DNA from: Erysipelotrichaceae bacterium
Lineage (GTDB): Bacteria > Bacillota_I > Bacilli_A > Erysipelotrichales > Erysipelotrichaceae
DNA: 32,000 nt
Reading direction: 5' to 3'
Assembly (NCBI GenBank): GCA_963676105.1
Contig: OY781039.1
Coordinates: 1,140,001-1,172,000 of the forward strand
In this document: piece after piece, positions 1-10,366 of the stretch
Numbering within the stretch: the stretch's first letter is position 1
How the letters are laid out: each line of letters opens with the position of its first letter
Program-made: the position numbers and the translations under genes
The notes under the pieces: model-generated
Told to the model about the DNA's origin: nothing
Databases searched by the model: none
Seen by the model: only the letters and a program-made list of their open reading frames with translations

Positions 1-911
1 TTTGCAATTTCTTTAAGTTCATCGTCTAAAGTAACAACATGATCACTATCCCAACGTACTGGTCGAGTAACATGTAGTGCCACTTGTTCAAAGAATATTA
101 ACATGCTTGAAATCTTGTCACTGACTTTTTCAGTTGGATGATAATGTCCATTATCGAGTAAGCAAAGTAAATCATTCTTTGCGGCATAGTTCATATAAAA
201 CTCATGAGAGCCAACGGTATAGGATTCTACACCAATACCGAAAACTTTTGATTCAACGGCAATTTTCACCAATGACTTATCATAATCAATTGAAATTATT
301 TCATCTAATGATTTCTTTAGTCGCACACGTGGTGTTAAACGATCTGCAGGTGTATCTTTAAAACCGTCTGGAATCCAAATGTTCATCAGTGTTGGGCTTC
401 CAAGTTCTTTCGCAAAATATTCACTAATGCGAATACATGCTTGTCCATGTTCAACCCAGAACTTTCGAATAGTTTCATCCTCACTTGAAAGTGTTGCATT
501 CTCTGATAATGGATGTGAAAAATAGGTTGGATTAAAATCTAAGCCAACTTTATTCTTTTTTGCGAACTGTACCCATTTTTCAAAGTGCTTTGGCTCAAGT
601 TTATTACGATCAACCGTTTCTCCATCAAAAATGGCATAACTGGCATGTAAATTAATACGATGTTTGCCTGGAACTAATGATAATGCTTTTTCAATATCTG
701 CCATTAGTTCTTCAGGATTGCGAGCTGCTCCTGGATAGTTGCCTGTCGTTTGAATTCCTCCAGACAAATCACCTGAATTTTCAAAACCAGCAACATCATC
801 ACCTTGCCAACAATGCATTGAGATTGCGATTTTATCTAATTCTGCGATTGCCTTCTCAGTGTCTACATTAAACTTTGCATAAATGTCTTTTGCACTTTCA
901 TATCTATTCAT
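1..911 (-). CDS. rhaA: L-rhamnose isomerase, N-terminal ~303 codons (3' end lies beyond the left window edge)
   Basis: Absent from the ORF track because it runs off the edge. My minus-strand translation from ATG 911-909 reads [47 protein letters not shown]...[19 protein letters not shown]...[19 protein letters not shown]... with no stop down to position 1. Recognised as RhaA-type isomerase. The start overlaps the rhaB stop by 8 nt. Confidence 0.85.
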   Translation of the reverse strand, partial: MNRYESAKDIYAKFNVDTEKAIAELDKIAISMHCWQGDDVAGFENSGDLSGGIQTTGNYPGAARNPEELMADIEKALSLVPGKHRINLHASYAIFDGETVDRNKLEPKHFEKWVQFAKKNKVGLDFNPTYFSHPLSENATLSSEDETIRKFWVEHGQACIRISEYFAKELGSPTLMNIWIPDGFKDTPADRLTPRVRLKKSLDEIISIDYDKSLVKIAVESKVFGIGVESYTVGSHEFYMNYAAKNDLLCLLDNGHYHPTEKVSDKISSMLIFFEQVALHVTRPVRWDSDHVVTLDDELKEIA

Positions 912-2316
912 GTTTCTTTCCTCCACTATATTGATTAATACTAAATGTATTGCGTATTAATACCTTGCTTTCACTCATTGAATTAATTTCTTTTTGTGCG
1001 AGTAATTGCACAATAATATTTCCAATCGCTGTTCCTTCAATCGGACCAGCACTTACAGTACAACCCGTTTTTATGGATGTTACTTTATTCAAATAATCAG
1101 CTTGAGACCCGCCACCCACAATTTGAATTTTATTAATCGTCTTTCTACTTAGAGTCTCAAATTCTTCTTTTGTTTTGCGATAAGACTCAGCCAAACTGTT
1201 ATATACAACAGCCGCAATTTCATTTTCATTTATTGGTACTGCTTGATTTGTCTCAATGCAATAATCTTGAATTTCTTTAATCATGCTTTTAGGTGAAATA
1301 AATCGATTATCCTGACAATCAATGATGCTTTTAATACTTGAACTTTCAGCCATTTCACACCATTGTACATAGCTGTATTTTCCATTAAACTCACGACTAA
1401 CTTCTTGAATCAACCATAATCCCATAATATTTTTCAAATATAGGTATTCTTTGTTTACTCCACCAGAGTTAGTAAAGTTCAACTTTTGACTATCAACACT
1501 CGTGATGGCTTCTTTGACTAAGGTACCCATGAGCGACCATGTACCAGAGCTAATATATAGAGAGTCACTATCTTCATAAGGTAATGCAAGTACAGCTGAT
1601 GCTGTATCATGACTGGCAACTAATATGACTTCTGTATCAAAACCTATCTCTTCTACAATTGCTGGTCTTAATTGTCCTAATGAATAGCCAGGTTCTTCGA
1701 TTTTATTAAACATATCTTTGTTTCCAATGATTTCTAATAAATCTTGATCCCATGTATAAGTTGAACTATTTACCAATTGTGTCGTTGTTGCATTTGTATA
1801 CTCATTGACTATCTTTCCAGTCAGTAGAAAGTTTAAATACTCAGGAACCATTAAGAAACTTGCAGCTTGTTCAATATATTCTGGATGACTCTGTTTAATT
1901 GCCATCAATTGATAGATTGAATTAAACAATTGCTTTTGGATACCTGTTTTTTGATATAAAGATTCTTCAGAAATATATTTTCTTAATAAATCATCCATTC
2001 CTAGTGTTCTTTTATCTCGATAAGCAATATGATCACCTAAGACATTGTTATTTTTATCTAATAAAACAAAATCGACACCCCAAGTATCAATCGCCAAACT
2101 TTTAGGACATTTGTCTAATTTCTTGCATTCTTTTAAACCTTTAACTATTTCTGAAAAAAGATAGTTATAGTCCCAGCAAAGATGACCATTATTTTGACGA
2201 ACCCCATTTTCAAAACGATGTATTGTTTCAAGTACGAGTTTTTGATTTTCTATACTTCCAAGAATACATCTTCCACTTGATGCACCTATATCAATGGCTA
2301 AATAATAATTCATCAC
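904..2316 (-). CDS. rhaB: Rhamnulokinase (FGGY carbohydrate kinase)
   Basis: 470 aa ORF. N-terminal [10 protein letters not shown] phosphate-binding motif typical of FGGY kinases and rhamnulokinase-like length. Abuts the rhamnosidase-like gene (stop/start adjacent at 2316/2317) and overlaps rhaA. Confidence 0.85.
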   Translation of the reverse strand: MMNYYLAIDIGASSGRCILGSIENQKLVLETIHRFENGVRQNNGHLCWDYNYLFSEIVKGLKECKKLDKCPKSLAIDTWGVDFVLLDKNNNVLGDHIAYRDKRTLGMDDLLRKYISEESLYQKTGIQKQLFNSIYQLMAIKQSHPEYIEQAASFLMVPEYLNFLLTGKIVNEYTNATTTQLVNSSTYTWDQDLLEIIGNKDMFNKIEEPGYSLGQLRPAIVEEIGFDTEVILVASHDTASAVLALPYEDSDSLYISSGTWSLMGTLVKEAITSVDSQKLNFTNSGGVNKEYLYLKNIMGLWLIQEVSREFNGKYSYVQWCEMAESSSIKSIIDCQDNRFISPKSMIKEIQDYCIETNQAVPINENEIAAVVYNSLAESYRKTKEEFETLSRKTINKIQIVGGGSQADYLNKVTSIKTGCTVSAGPIEGTAIGNIIVQLLAQKEINSMSESKVLIRNTFSINQYSGGKKHE

Positions 2317-4659
2317 TTAATCCTTTCTTTTTTGAATATGATAACGAACGTTTTTTCGTGTTTTATCAATGACAAGCTGATCGACATCATCACATTCAAT
2401 ATTCACATCATATTGATTATCAGCTGTTTTCTTCCAATCAATTGAAATCTTTCCGTGTGCGGTTTTCACATCACCTTTTGCCCATGTCAGTGTTGAAAAA
2501 TTTGGTTTAATCAAAACTTTATTAAAACCATTTCCATAAGGCTTAACCCCTAAAATACTGCTTGGCAATTCATATAAAACAAGTGCGCCCCATCCATGAC
2601 AATCACTACGACTATTTACATTATCTTCTTCACAAGTCGTTAGATTTTTATTCAACATGTCGCGCCATAAATCCCATTGGTCATCGGTATATTCATAAAG
2701 ATCACATTGTTCAAGTGCTCTAAAGAGATAAAACTTCATAGCAACTGAACATTGTACGAACTTATCTTGATTGTTTAATGTTTCAAGAAGAATTCTCTTT
2801 CCATCTATTGAATCAATAATCCCTGTTAATATGCCAAATACTTGGCAATGTTGACTATATTGATTTACAGCAGGACCATCCGTAATAAACCCATCAGTAT
2901 CCATTGAGTTGTCACGAATAGCTTCTTTTAATATTTCTGCAGAATTTCGATATTGATCTGCTAAATCTTGTAATTCTAGATAATCACAAATATCAATCGC
3001 ATAAGTTAATCCTAAAAGATAGAGTAAACTTTCCATGGTTATTGGACCTAAACGGATTGCGCTTGGAACCCCTATTGTTTTATTCCATTCTGGTGTCCAA
3101 TCTATGAATGACCATAATGGACTTTCAAATAATGGCGTTCCGATTTTCTTCAATAAACCATTGTCATCAATATTTCTTTGATAAAAATTAAGAATGTTCT
3201 GAATCGTGCTTAAATGCTCTGACATGAAACTTCTATCACCAAAATACATCATATGGTCATAGAGCATTCCAATATAATAAATTGAAAAACCAGGAATAAC
3301 ATTTGCTTCAAAATTGGGAGCACTCGCATTTAATAAGCCATCCATTTTAGTAGAGGCTTTAAAATCGTTCATACATCTTCTCGCTAAACGATCATCCATC
3401 GAAGTTGCATACGTATATAAGATTTGATTACGAGAATCCATTATGTACGATAGTTGTTCATAGAACGGACAATCTTCATAGGTATCATGCATACAACAAC
3501 GTAAAGTTCTTTCACTTATTTCCCAAATTTTCTCTAAACTATCATCTGATGTTTTTCCATAGGATAGTATATTTAAAGGATATTGAGCTTTGATATAGTT
3601 AAATGATTTTAATAGTAAAGCTTGATCTTGTGTTTCAATTTCTAATCTAATATATCTAAATGTACGAAACCAAAATGGTTCATAAATTTCATTTTCAGCT
3701 CCGAAAACTTTATATGTATCTGTAAAGCCAAATAATTGACCATTTTCTGCATCCGTACGATCACCTTTCACAGGGAATTGAGGACCACTTTCCCTGTGAA
3801 CAGGTGGATAAGCATAACATTCAGAACTTAGAATTGATATCTTACTGTCTTTACCACCACTCAACAAAAGCTGTAAAAAACCCGTTGTTTCTTCTCCAGC
3901 ATGAAGCTCGATGATTTCTTTCGTAAATGGAGGAACTGAAATTGATTGATCAGCTTGAAGAAAATCATTCCATTCATGCAAGTGATGTTTAGACTGTCTA
4001 ATTTTTGATATTTCTTTAAAGTGCGAATGATATTTCGTTAAAAATGGAATCGTTCTATCTTCTAATTGATGCTTATTTAAGATTGAATCGATTTCTGACA
4101 ATTCAGTTGCATGAACACTTTCCCAAGTAACTAAGTTACTTTCAACACTATGAAGCTTAATAAGGTCTTCTGTACTTTGGGCATGTTCAATAATATAAAG
4201 TGGCGCAAAATGTTCATCTTCTGCAAGTATCTCAGTCGGATGAATAAGTGCTTTCCACATTTCATCTGAAAAGAGATTTACTTCTTTTGCTGCTTCAGAT
4301 AGTGCCCCCATAAATAAACCTGTGGTATTTAATCTGATTAAACTATGATTACCACTTCGTTCTTTATTGGGATAGCTTAATACAGTAATGACAATTGAAT
4401 TAAACCCTTCTTTTAGGTAAGGATTTAAATTGATTTCATCATAAAACCATTCATGAAGATTACCTTTTTGAGGACCAAAGGATACAAATACTCCATTAAC
4501 AAAGCACTTATACTTTGATGTTGCACTAAGTCCAACGACATAATCCTTGTGTAAATCTTTAATTTTAATGATTTTTTTATAAGAACATAAAACAGGACGA
4601 GTTTCTACAATTTCTTTATGTTTATTTGAAACAATCCACGATCCTTCTAAGAATTTCAT
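2317..4659 (-). CDS. Putative alpha-L-rhamnosidase-like six-hairpin glycoside hydrolase (GH78-like)
   Basis: 780 aa ORF in the rhamnose operon. The C-terminal region (…SDCHGWGALVLYELP…) and overall size resemble bacterial rhamnosidase catalytic domains. The family call is from memory plus context only. Confidence 0.55.
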   Translation of the reverse strand: MKFLEGSWIVSNKHKEIVETRPVLCSYKKIIKIKDLHKDYVVGLSATSKYKCFVNGVFVSFGPQKGNLHEWFYDEINLNPYLKEGFNSIVITVLSYPNKERSGNHSLIRLNTTGLFMGALSEAAKEVNLFSDEMWKALIHPTEILAEDEHFAPLYIIEHAQSTEDLIKLHSVESNLVTWESVHATELSEIDSILNKHQLEDRTIPFLTKYHSHFKEISKIRQSKHHLHEWNDFLQADQSISVPPFTKEIIELHAGEETTGFLQLLLSGGKDSKISILSSECYAYPPVHRESGPQFPVKGDRTDAENGQLFGFTDTYKVFGAENEIYEPFWFRTFRYIRLEIETQDQALLLKSFNYIKAQYPLNILSYGKTSDDSLEKIWEISERTLRCCMHDTYEDCPFYEQLSYIMDSRNQILYTYATSMDDRLARRCMNDFKASTKMDGLLNASAPNFEANVIPGFSIYYIGMLYDHMMYFGDRSFMSEHLSTIQNILNFYQRNIDDNGLLKKIGTPLFESPLWSFIDWTPEWNKTIGVPSAIRLGPITMESLLYLLGLTYAIDICDYLELQDLADQYRNSAEILKEAIRDNSMDTDGFITDGPAVNQYSQHCQVFGILTGIIDSIDGKRILLETLNNQDKFVQCSVAMKFYLFRALEQCDLYEYTDDQWDLWRDMLNKNLTTCEEDNVNSRSDCHGWGALVLYELPSSILGVKPYGNGFNKVLIKPNFSTLTWAKGDVKTAHGKISIDWKKTADNQYDVNIECDDVDQLVIDKTRKNVRYHIQKRKD

Positions 4660-4716
4660 TTGTCACCTATCTCACTATCGTTTTTTGAAAGAGGCATAAT
4701 AATATGCCTCTCATTT

Positions 4717-5700
4717 CTATGCTTTTTTTAGTTTTGCGGCAGTTGCCTTTTTATTGTGTTGGTAAGTATCCATACCAATGGTAGTTAACATAATTAAACC
4801 TTTGACTACATATTGGAAATAAATATTTAAGCCAGCTAGAGCCATACCATTACCTAAGATAGCGATAATAAGAATACCAGCAACACATCCATTAATCTTA
4901 CCTTCACCACCACGGATTGATACGCCACCTAACAATAGACCAACAATAATTGTAAATTCGATACCTACTGATGTTGAAGCAGTTGCTGCACCTATACGAG
5001 TTGTTTGAATCATTGCTGCTAAGCCATACATTGCACCAGCAAATAGTGAAATCATAATTTCAATTTTCTTAACATTAATGCCAGCTAAACGAGCAGCATC
5101 TTTATTGCCACCTAGTGCAAAGACATAACGTCCGAAGTAAGTTTTATTCATAATGAAGGCAAAGATAGCTAGTAGAACACCCGTAATTACAATCGCTACT
5201 GAGACATTCGTTCCAAATAATTTACCTTGACCAATAAACTTATAGGCATCTGTAAATCCACTAATTGATCTTGAATTAGATAATACATATGCCACACCTT
5301 GATAAATGACCATGGTGCCAAATGAAACAAAGATATACGGAATCTTTAAGATTTGACTAAGAATGGCATTAAAGCTTGATAACAACATCCCTACTAAAAT
5401 ACTAACAATGATTATTGACCATACAGGCCAGTGATATTCAGTTAATAAAATAGCTGAAATAACACCATTTATACTCATCGCATAACCAACGGATAAATCC
5501 ATATTCCCAGACATCATAATTAATGCGACGCCAAGTGCGGCAATAATAATGTATGCGTATTGATTTAAAATGTTGAGAATATTTCTTAATGTAAAGAAAT
5601 TATCTGCATTAAATGAAAAGATAACGGATATAACAAGTAATAATACCCATACGACATTACTTCGTATATAATGTCCGACATTTTCTGATAAATTTTTCAT
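4717..5700 (-). CDS. Sugar ABC transporter permease (RbsC/AraH-type)
   Basis: 327 aa, highly hydrophobic with about 8-10 predicted helices. Located directly downstream of the duplicated-ATPase gene (12 nt gap). Confidence 0.85.
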   Translation of the reverse strand: MKNLSENVGHYIRSNVVWVLLLVISVIFSFNADNFFTLRNILNILNQYAYIIIAALGVALIMMSGNMDLSVGYAMSINGVISAILLTEYHWPVWSIIIVSILVGMLLSSFNAILSQILKIPYIFVSFGTMVIYQGVAYVLSNSRSISGFTDAYKFIGQGKLFGTNVSVAIVITGVLLAIFAFIMNKTYFGRYVFALGGNKDAARLAGINVKKIEIMISLFAGAMYGLAAMIQTTRIGAATASTSVGIEFTIIVGLLLGGVSIRGGEGKINGCVAGILIIAILGNGMALAGLNIYFQYVVKGLIMLTTIGMDTYQHNKKATAAKLKKA

Positions 5701-5712
5701 CTCTTTACCCTC

Positions 5713-7191
5713 CTAAAGTCCTGATGATAATTCTAGTATTCTTTGTTGACTGAATTCGTGTTTAAGTAAATCACCGGTTTTATGACCTTCATGTAAAACC
5801 GCAATACGATCACTCATTCCAATCAACTCTTCCATTTCAGATGAGATCATCAGAATAGACATTCCTTGTTCGACTAATTGATTCATTAACTTATAAATCT
5901 CTTGTTTTGCGCCAACATCAATACCACGTGTTGGTTCATCGAAGATTAATATATCTGCTTTTGAAGCGAGTACTTTTGCCATAACCACTTTTTGTTGATT
6001 ACCACCACTAAGATTTTTAGCTAGTTGCTTCAATGAAGGTGTTTTGATTTGTAATGTATCACTGTAATATTGACTAATTTCATCAATCTTCTTTTTATCC
6101 ATAATCGTGAATTTACTGTAATTTTTAATACCCATTAACGATATGTTCCAATCAAGTGGAAACTCAAGGAATACACCTTCTCTTTTTCGATCCTCTGGAA
6201 TTAATCCAATACCCTCTGTAATTGCTTGTGTTGAGTTCTTAATGTTAACTTTTCTTCCTTTAACATAAAGATCTCCTTCTTGAATTTTAGCTTCACCAAT
6301 AATTAGTTTGGCAAACTCAGTCCGTCCGGCACCAATAAGACCAGCTAAACCGACGATTTCGCCTTTTTTGAGATCTAAGTTAATGTTGTAAACACCATTA
6401 CCTGATATATTATCCGCTTTTAGAACGACATCACCTATTTGAGCATTTCTTTGTGGAAATGATTCTGATAATACGCGTCCAACCATTAAGTTAACAAGTT
6501 CCTTACGATTGGTTTCTGCCATTGATTTCGTCGCAATATATTGTCCGTCTCTCATGATTGAAACGGCATCAGATATTTCAAATACTTCATCCATTCTATG
6601 ACTCACATAGATAATGGTAACGCCTTTTTCTTTTAGGCTTCGAATGATTTGAAAAAGTTTTTCAACTTCATTAATTGAAATAGCAGCACTTGGTTCATCC
6701 ATAATTAATATTTTTACATCTTTGGATATTGCTTTTGCAATTTCAACCATTTGTTGTTGTGCAGTTGATAAGCCACCAACCATACTGTAAGTATTTATAT
6801 TGACATTTAAATCACTAAATATTTGTTTAGTTCTTTGGTGCATTTCTTTTTTATCTTGAATATATTTTCCGCCAACTTGATCGCCTAGAAAAACATTTTC
6901 TGCGACATTCAATGATGGTACTAAATTAAACTCTTGATAAATAACACCAACACCTTTACTTTTTGACAACGATGGAGTTAATTTTTCAAATTCTTCACCG
7001 TCAATAATGACTGTCCCCTCGCTTTGATCAATCGCACCGGATATAATTTTAATCATCGTTGATTTACCCGCACCATTTTCACCCATTATTGAATGAATTT
7101 CACCAGCTTTGAAACTTAAGGATACATCGTCCAAGGCAGTTACCCCTGGATATATCTTTGTTATATGTTTAAGTTCTAAAACTTTTTTCAT
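5713..7191 (-). CDS. Sugar ABC transporter ATP-binding protein (tandem ATPase, RbsA-type)
   Basis: 492 aa. First half has Walker A GENGAGKST, signature LSTAQQQ and Walker B ILIMDEPS. Second half has GLIGAGRTE, LSGGNQQK and ILIFDEPTRGID. Confidence 0.9.
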   Translation of the reverse strand: MKKVLELKHITKIYPGVTALDDVSLSFKAGEIHSIMGENGAGKSTMIKIISGAIDQSEGTVIIDGEEFEKLTPSLSKSKGVGVIYQEFNLVPSLNVAENVFLGDQVGGKYIQDKKEMHQRTKQIFSDLNVNINTYSMVGGLSTAQQQMVEIAKAISKDVKILIMDEPSAAISINEVEKLFQIIRSLKEKGVTIIYVSHRMDEVFEISDAVSIMRDGQYIATKSMAETNRKELVNLMVGRVLSESFPQRNAQIGDVVLKADNISGNGVYNINLDLKKGEIVGLAGLIGAGRTEFAKLIIGEAKIQEGDLYVKGRKVNIKNSTQAITEGIGLIPEDRKREGVFLEFPLDWNISLMGIKNYSKFTIMDKKKIDEISQYYSDTLQIKTPSLKQLAKNLSGGNQQKVVMAKVLASKADILIFDEPTRGIDVGAKQEIYKLMNQLVEQGMSILMISSEMEELIGMSDRIAVLHEGHKTGDLLKHEFSQQRILELSSGL

Positions 7192-7213
7192 ACTTGAACC
7201 TCCATCTAAGAAT

Positions 7214-7240
7214 AAGTGGTTGAGTTTTACTCAACCACTT
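7214..7240 (-). terminator. Intra-operon hairpin between the binding-protein and ATPase genes
   Basis: AAGTGGTTGAG-5 nt loop-CTCAACCACTT, a perfect 11-bp stem. No clean U-tract, so it is more likely an mRNA stabiliser or attenuator, as often follows binding-protein genes. Confidence 0.4.
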
Positions 7241-7267
7241 TATAACTCACTGTTTTCTTTTTAAATT

Positions 7268-8239
7268 TTATTCAAAGCTAGCAGCATTTAATTTTGTATA
7301 TGAGCCAGGAATGAATTTGTCTGCAGGTACTGTTCCATCTTGTAGAGCTTGCCATGCAGCCATTGTGCTTTCTGCTAAATCTGCTAAAGCAACTAAACCA
7401 CGAATCATTGAAGCATCTGTTGTAGAGTCTTGAACAGCTTGAACTGTGTCAGCTGAAGCACCTACTGCAAAGATACCAACTTTTGAAGCATCTACATCAA
7501 CAGTTTGTGCTAAAACTTCGTTAGCAGCAATCGCAAATGATGCATCATGTACCAGAATAACGTTTACATCTGGATATTCAGCTAAAGCAATATTCATGAG
7601 TTCTTGAACTTTATCTAAAGAGTCACCAGCACCCATTTGATAATCATGAACTAAATCAACTTTTGCATTATCAGCAATCGCTGCTAATCCATCGTCACGT
7701 TGTTGTGCAGTTGGATTTGCTGGGTATGAAATTAGAATAGCTTTTACACTTCCATCTTCTGCATCAGCAAATGTTGTATCTACCCATTCAGAAGCGAGTT
7801 CTGCAGCAGCAATACCTAATGCTGATTCATCTAAGCCAATAAATACGTCATAAGCTTCTTCGTTTTCAAATGGTACAAAAGTAATAATTTTTGTACCTGC
7901 TTCACGAGCAGCTACACAAGCATCTGCTAAACTTGCAGGATCCATTGGTCCAACTAAGATACCTTCGACATTTTGAGTTACTAAGTTTTCAATATCTGAA
8001 ACTTGTTTAGCAACATCCATTTCAGCAGAAGCTGTAATAACTTCGTAACCAGCTTCTCCAAATAGATTTTCCATATTTGTTTGAAGACCAGTAAAGAACT
8101 CTGCCCCTAGTGTCATAATACTTAAACCGAATTTACCGCTTCCTGCTTCTTCTTCGGCAGGTGTATCATTAGAACTACATGCGGTTAACATACCAATACT
8201 TAAAGCAACTACAAATAATAATTTGAATAACTTCTTCAT
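7268..8239 (-). CDS. Sugar ABC transporter substrate-binding lipoprotein (likely rhamnose, by context)
   Basis: 323 aa. Signal peptide with lipobox LTAC, followed by a periplasmic-binding-protein type I-like sequence. First gene after a candidate promoter. Confidence 0.8.
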   Translation of the reverse strand: MKKLFKLLFVVALSIGMLTACSSNDTPAEEEAGSGKFGLSIMTLGAEFFTGLQTNMENLFGEAGYEVITASAEMDVAKQVSDIENLVTQNVEGILVGPMDPASLADACVAAREAGTKIITFVPFENEEAYDVFIGLDESALGIAAAELASEWVDTTFADAEDGSVKAILISYPANPTAQQRDDGLAAIADNAKVDLVHDYQMGAGDSLDKVQELMNIALAEYPDVNVILVHDASFAIAANEVLAQTVDVDASKVGIFAVGASADTVQAVQDSTTDASMIRGLVALADLAESTMAAWQALQDGTVPADKFIPGSYTKLNAASFE

Positions 8240-8272
8240 TGTTTCCTCCTAAAGTTATTAACTTATGGGCAA

Positions 8273-8302
8273 ATTATAGAATTTTTACGAAAGTGCTTAC
8301 AA
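8273..8302 (-). promoter_or_regulatory. Candidate sigma-A promoter for the ABC transporter genes
   Basis: The minus strand reads TTGTAA-18 nt-TATAAT, about 35 nt upstream of the AGGAGG RBS of the binding-protein gene. Confidence 0.4.
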
Positions 8303-8318
8303 TGAACTATTTCTATGA

Positions 8319-9590
8319 TTAGGTGTCTTTTTTTATCATTATCGCGTTTCGTCTATCTAATTGATAAAAGTGAGGTGATTGGATATTAAACAAATAACTA
8401 TTACAGTTCTTAAGATAAACTAAAATATCTTTTTCAACTAAGGTATTAAGCGCTTTTATTAAATGATTCCATTCAAAATCATCCATTTCACTAAAAATAT
8501 CATCAAGAATTAAAACTTGAAAATTCTGCAATGATACTCGATATATCAAAAGTAGTAGCTTTTGTAGATGCGTTAAATTTTGCACATTATCATAATCTTT
8601 GATAATATTTGCGAACCTTCTAGCTTCTTGATAGGTAAAGTCAATTAAACCCTCATTTAAAATGGACAGGTTTGATAATTTTGAATAAACACCTAAGCAT
8701 ACATTTTCTTTTATTGAGAGATTGTTTACTAAATAGTCATCCACATTCTTTGCGATCTCATACGTTTTTTTCTGTTCAAGCCATTTTTCTAAGATTACAT
8801 CGCCATATTCAAAAATTTGAGAACCTGAATGAGTTTTCATTTTCAATCTTTTTTGGAGTTTATTCACATCATTAATATCATTGTCATTAATATAGTCCAT
8901 AAATGAGATCTTATCTTTGAATTCAAAGACTAAGCCCGAATCAGAAATATATTGAATTCGAGTGGCAATATCAACGAATTCATCCATCTCGTCACATAAG
9001 ATTACAAAAGCAACTCCTTGTTTTGAATAGGTTTTAATATTCTCAATATATTGCATTTTTTCTTTATATGAATTTTTTGAAGTTTCATTAACGACAATAA
9101 TTTTTGCGTGATTAATTACAGACTTGGCAATACAAACCATTTGTTGTTCATATTCAGATAAATCTTGTACAAGTTTATTTTTAATATCACTTAAACCTAA
9201 TTTATTCAATATATTGTGTGTTTGCACATGAGCTGCTTTTTGATTGAACATGCTTAATGGATTATTTCGTTCCCTTAAAGCAAATAAATTGTGTTCAATA
9301 GTCATCGATGTAACTAAGCTATTCGTTGATTCAGAACTTGATATACCATTTGAAAAAGCTACTTGAGCGTCATAATTCTGATAATGTTTTTCATTAACAT
9401 ATATTCGTCCATTAAGCGCTTTTGCGTAGCCTAATATTAAATTTGAAACGAGTCTCTTTTTTGAAAAGGTAGAGCTAACAATACAAATGACATCTCCTTC
9501 AAATACTGATAGATCATAATGAAAAAGATGTTCGTTATTTTCATTTTTCGCATCAATATTTTTGAGCCAGAGATATTCTTTTTTTGACAT
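8319..9590 (-). CDS. Degenerate ABC-ATPase-like protein (all nucleotide-binding motifs lost)
   Basis: 423 aa. Aligns by eye with the neighbouring RbsA-type ATPase, but Walker A is SSTFSKKR, the signature is LSEYEQQ and Walker B is IIVVNETS. The second half retains only LTHLQKLLL...VLILDDIFSEMD. The start overlaps the kinase stop (TAATG). Confidence 0.6.
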   Translation of the reverse strand: MSKKEYLWLKNIDAKNENNEHLFHYDLSVFEGDVICIVSSTFSKKRLVSNLILGYAKALNGRIYVNEKHYQNYDAQVAFSNGISSSESTNSLVTSMTIEHNLFALRERNNPLSMFNQKAAHVQTHNILNKLGLSDIKNKLVQDLSEYEQQMVCIAKSVINHAKIIVVNETSKNSYKEKMQYIENIKTYSKQGVAFVILCDEMDEFVDIATRIQYISDSGLVFEFKDKISFMDYINDNDINDVNKLQKRLKMKTHSGSQIFEYGDVILEKWLEQKKTYEIAKNVDDYLVNNLSIKENVCLGVYSKLSNLSILNEGLIDFTYQEARRFANIIKDYDNVQNLTHLQKLLLLIYRVSLQNFQVLILDDIFSEMDDFEWNHLIKALNTLVEKDILVYLKNCNSYLFNIQSPHFYQLDRRNAIMIKKDT

Positions 9591-10366
9591 TATTGTTCTT
9601 TCAACCGGTTGTCATATTTAATGAGTTCTTTATCCGACACACGTGGTACTATGATTTCCATCGTCGTTCCTATATTGATTAGACTCTTAACATTTAACCC
9701 AAAATCATGACCAAAGAACATTTTTAAACGTGCATTTACATTTAACAATGCAATTCCACTTTTTCGTGATAAACGTTCAAATTTGATATCTGAGGACGAC
9801 AGTTTTTCATTAATATTACGAAGTAAATCAGTCTCAATTCCTACACCATTATCCTTAATTTGAATATAAACTTTCTCTTTTGTGCCAAAGATATGTATTG
9901 TGATTAATCCTGGGCTTAATTTATTTTCAAGTCCGTGTGTTATTGCGTTTTCAATGAGTGGCTGAAGTGTCATTTTTGGAATGTAACATTCTTTAAGTTC
10001 TTCCTCTTCAATTTCAATCTCAAGATTTAAACGATCCTCAAATCTAAATTTTTGAATATAATAGTAGTCATTTATATGATTTAGTTCTTCAGAGATTTTA
10101 ACGAAATCACCAGTGCTACTAATACTATATCTAAAAAAACGTGATAGTTTCTCAATCATATTTGCGATTTCGTTTTCGTTATACTTCAAAGCTTCACTTC
10201 GAATTGAATCAAGTGTGTTATATAAAAAATGGGGATTGATTTGACTTTGAAGCATTTTATATTCGATTTCCCAGGTATTTTCACTTGGGCTTAATTTTTG
10301 ACTTTCAATATTACTATCTTCTACCGATGACTTTTTTATACAGTCAATAATTTTCCTTAATTTCAT
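9590..10366 (-). CDS. Histidine kinase catalytic core (YesM/His_kinase-type) lacking any sensor or transmembrane region
   Basis: 258 aa. H-box QINPHFLYNTLDSI with His at residue 46, N-box ENAITHG and G-box KDNGVGI. No hydrophobic segment or HAMP region precedes the H-box. Confidence 0.8.
   Translation of the reverse strand: MKLRKIIDCIKKSSVEDSNIESQKLSPSENTWEIEYKMLQSQINPHFLYNTLDSIRSEALKYNENEIANMIEKLSRFFRYSISSTGDFVKISEELNHINDYYYIQKFRFEDRLNLEIEIEEEELKECYIPKMTLQPLIENAITHGLENKLSPGLITIHIFGTKEKVYIQIKDNGVGIETDLLRNINEKLSSSDIKFERLSRKSGIALLNVNARLKMFFGHDFGLNVKSLINIGTTMEIIVPRVSDKELIKYDNRLKEQ

Noticed and set aside
134-871. Two plus-strand ORFs (75 and 64 aa).
   Set aside because: Both lie antisense inside the rhaA coding region, which translates cleanly on the minus strand.
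4660-4716. Hairpin AGAGGCAT-aataat-ATGCCTCT between the permease and rhamnosidase-like genes, as an operon terminator.
   Set aside because: No U-tract follows it on the minus strand, and the downstream genes belong to the same pathway. It is more likely an mRNA processing or stability element, and support is too weak to list as a terminator.
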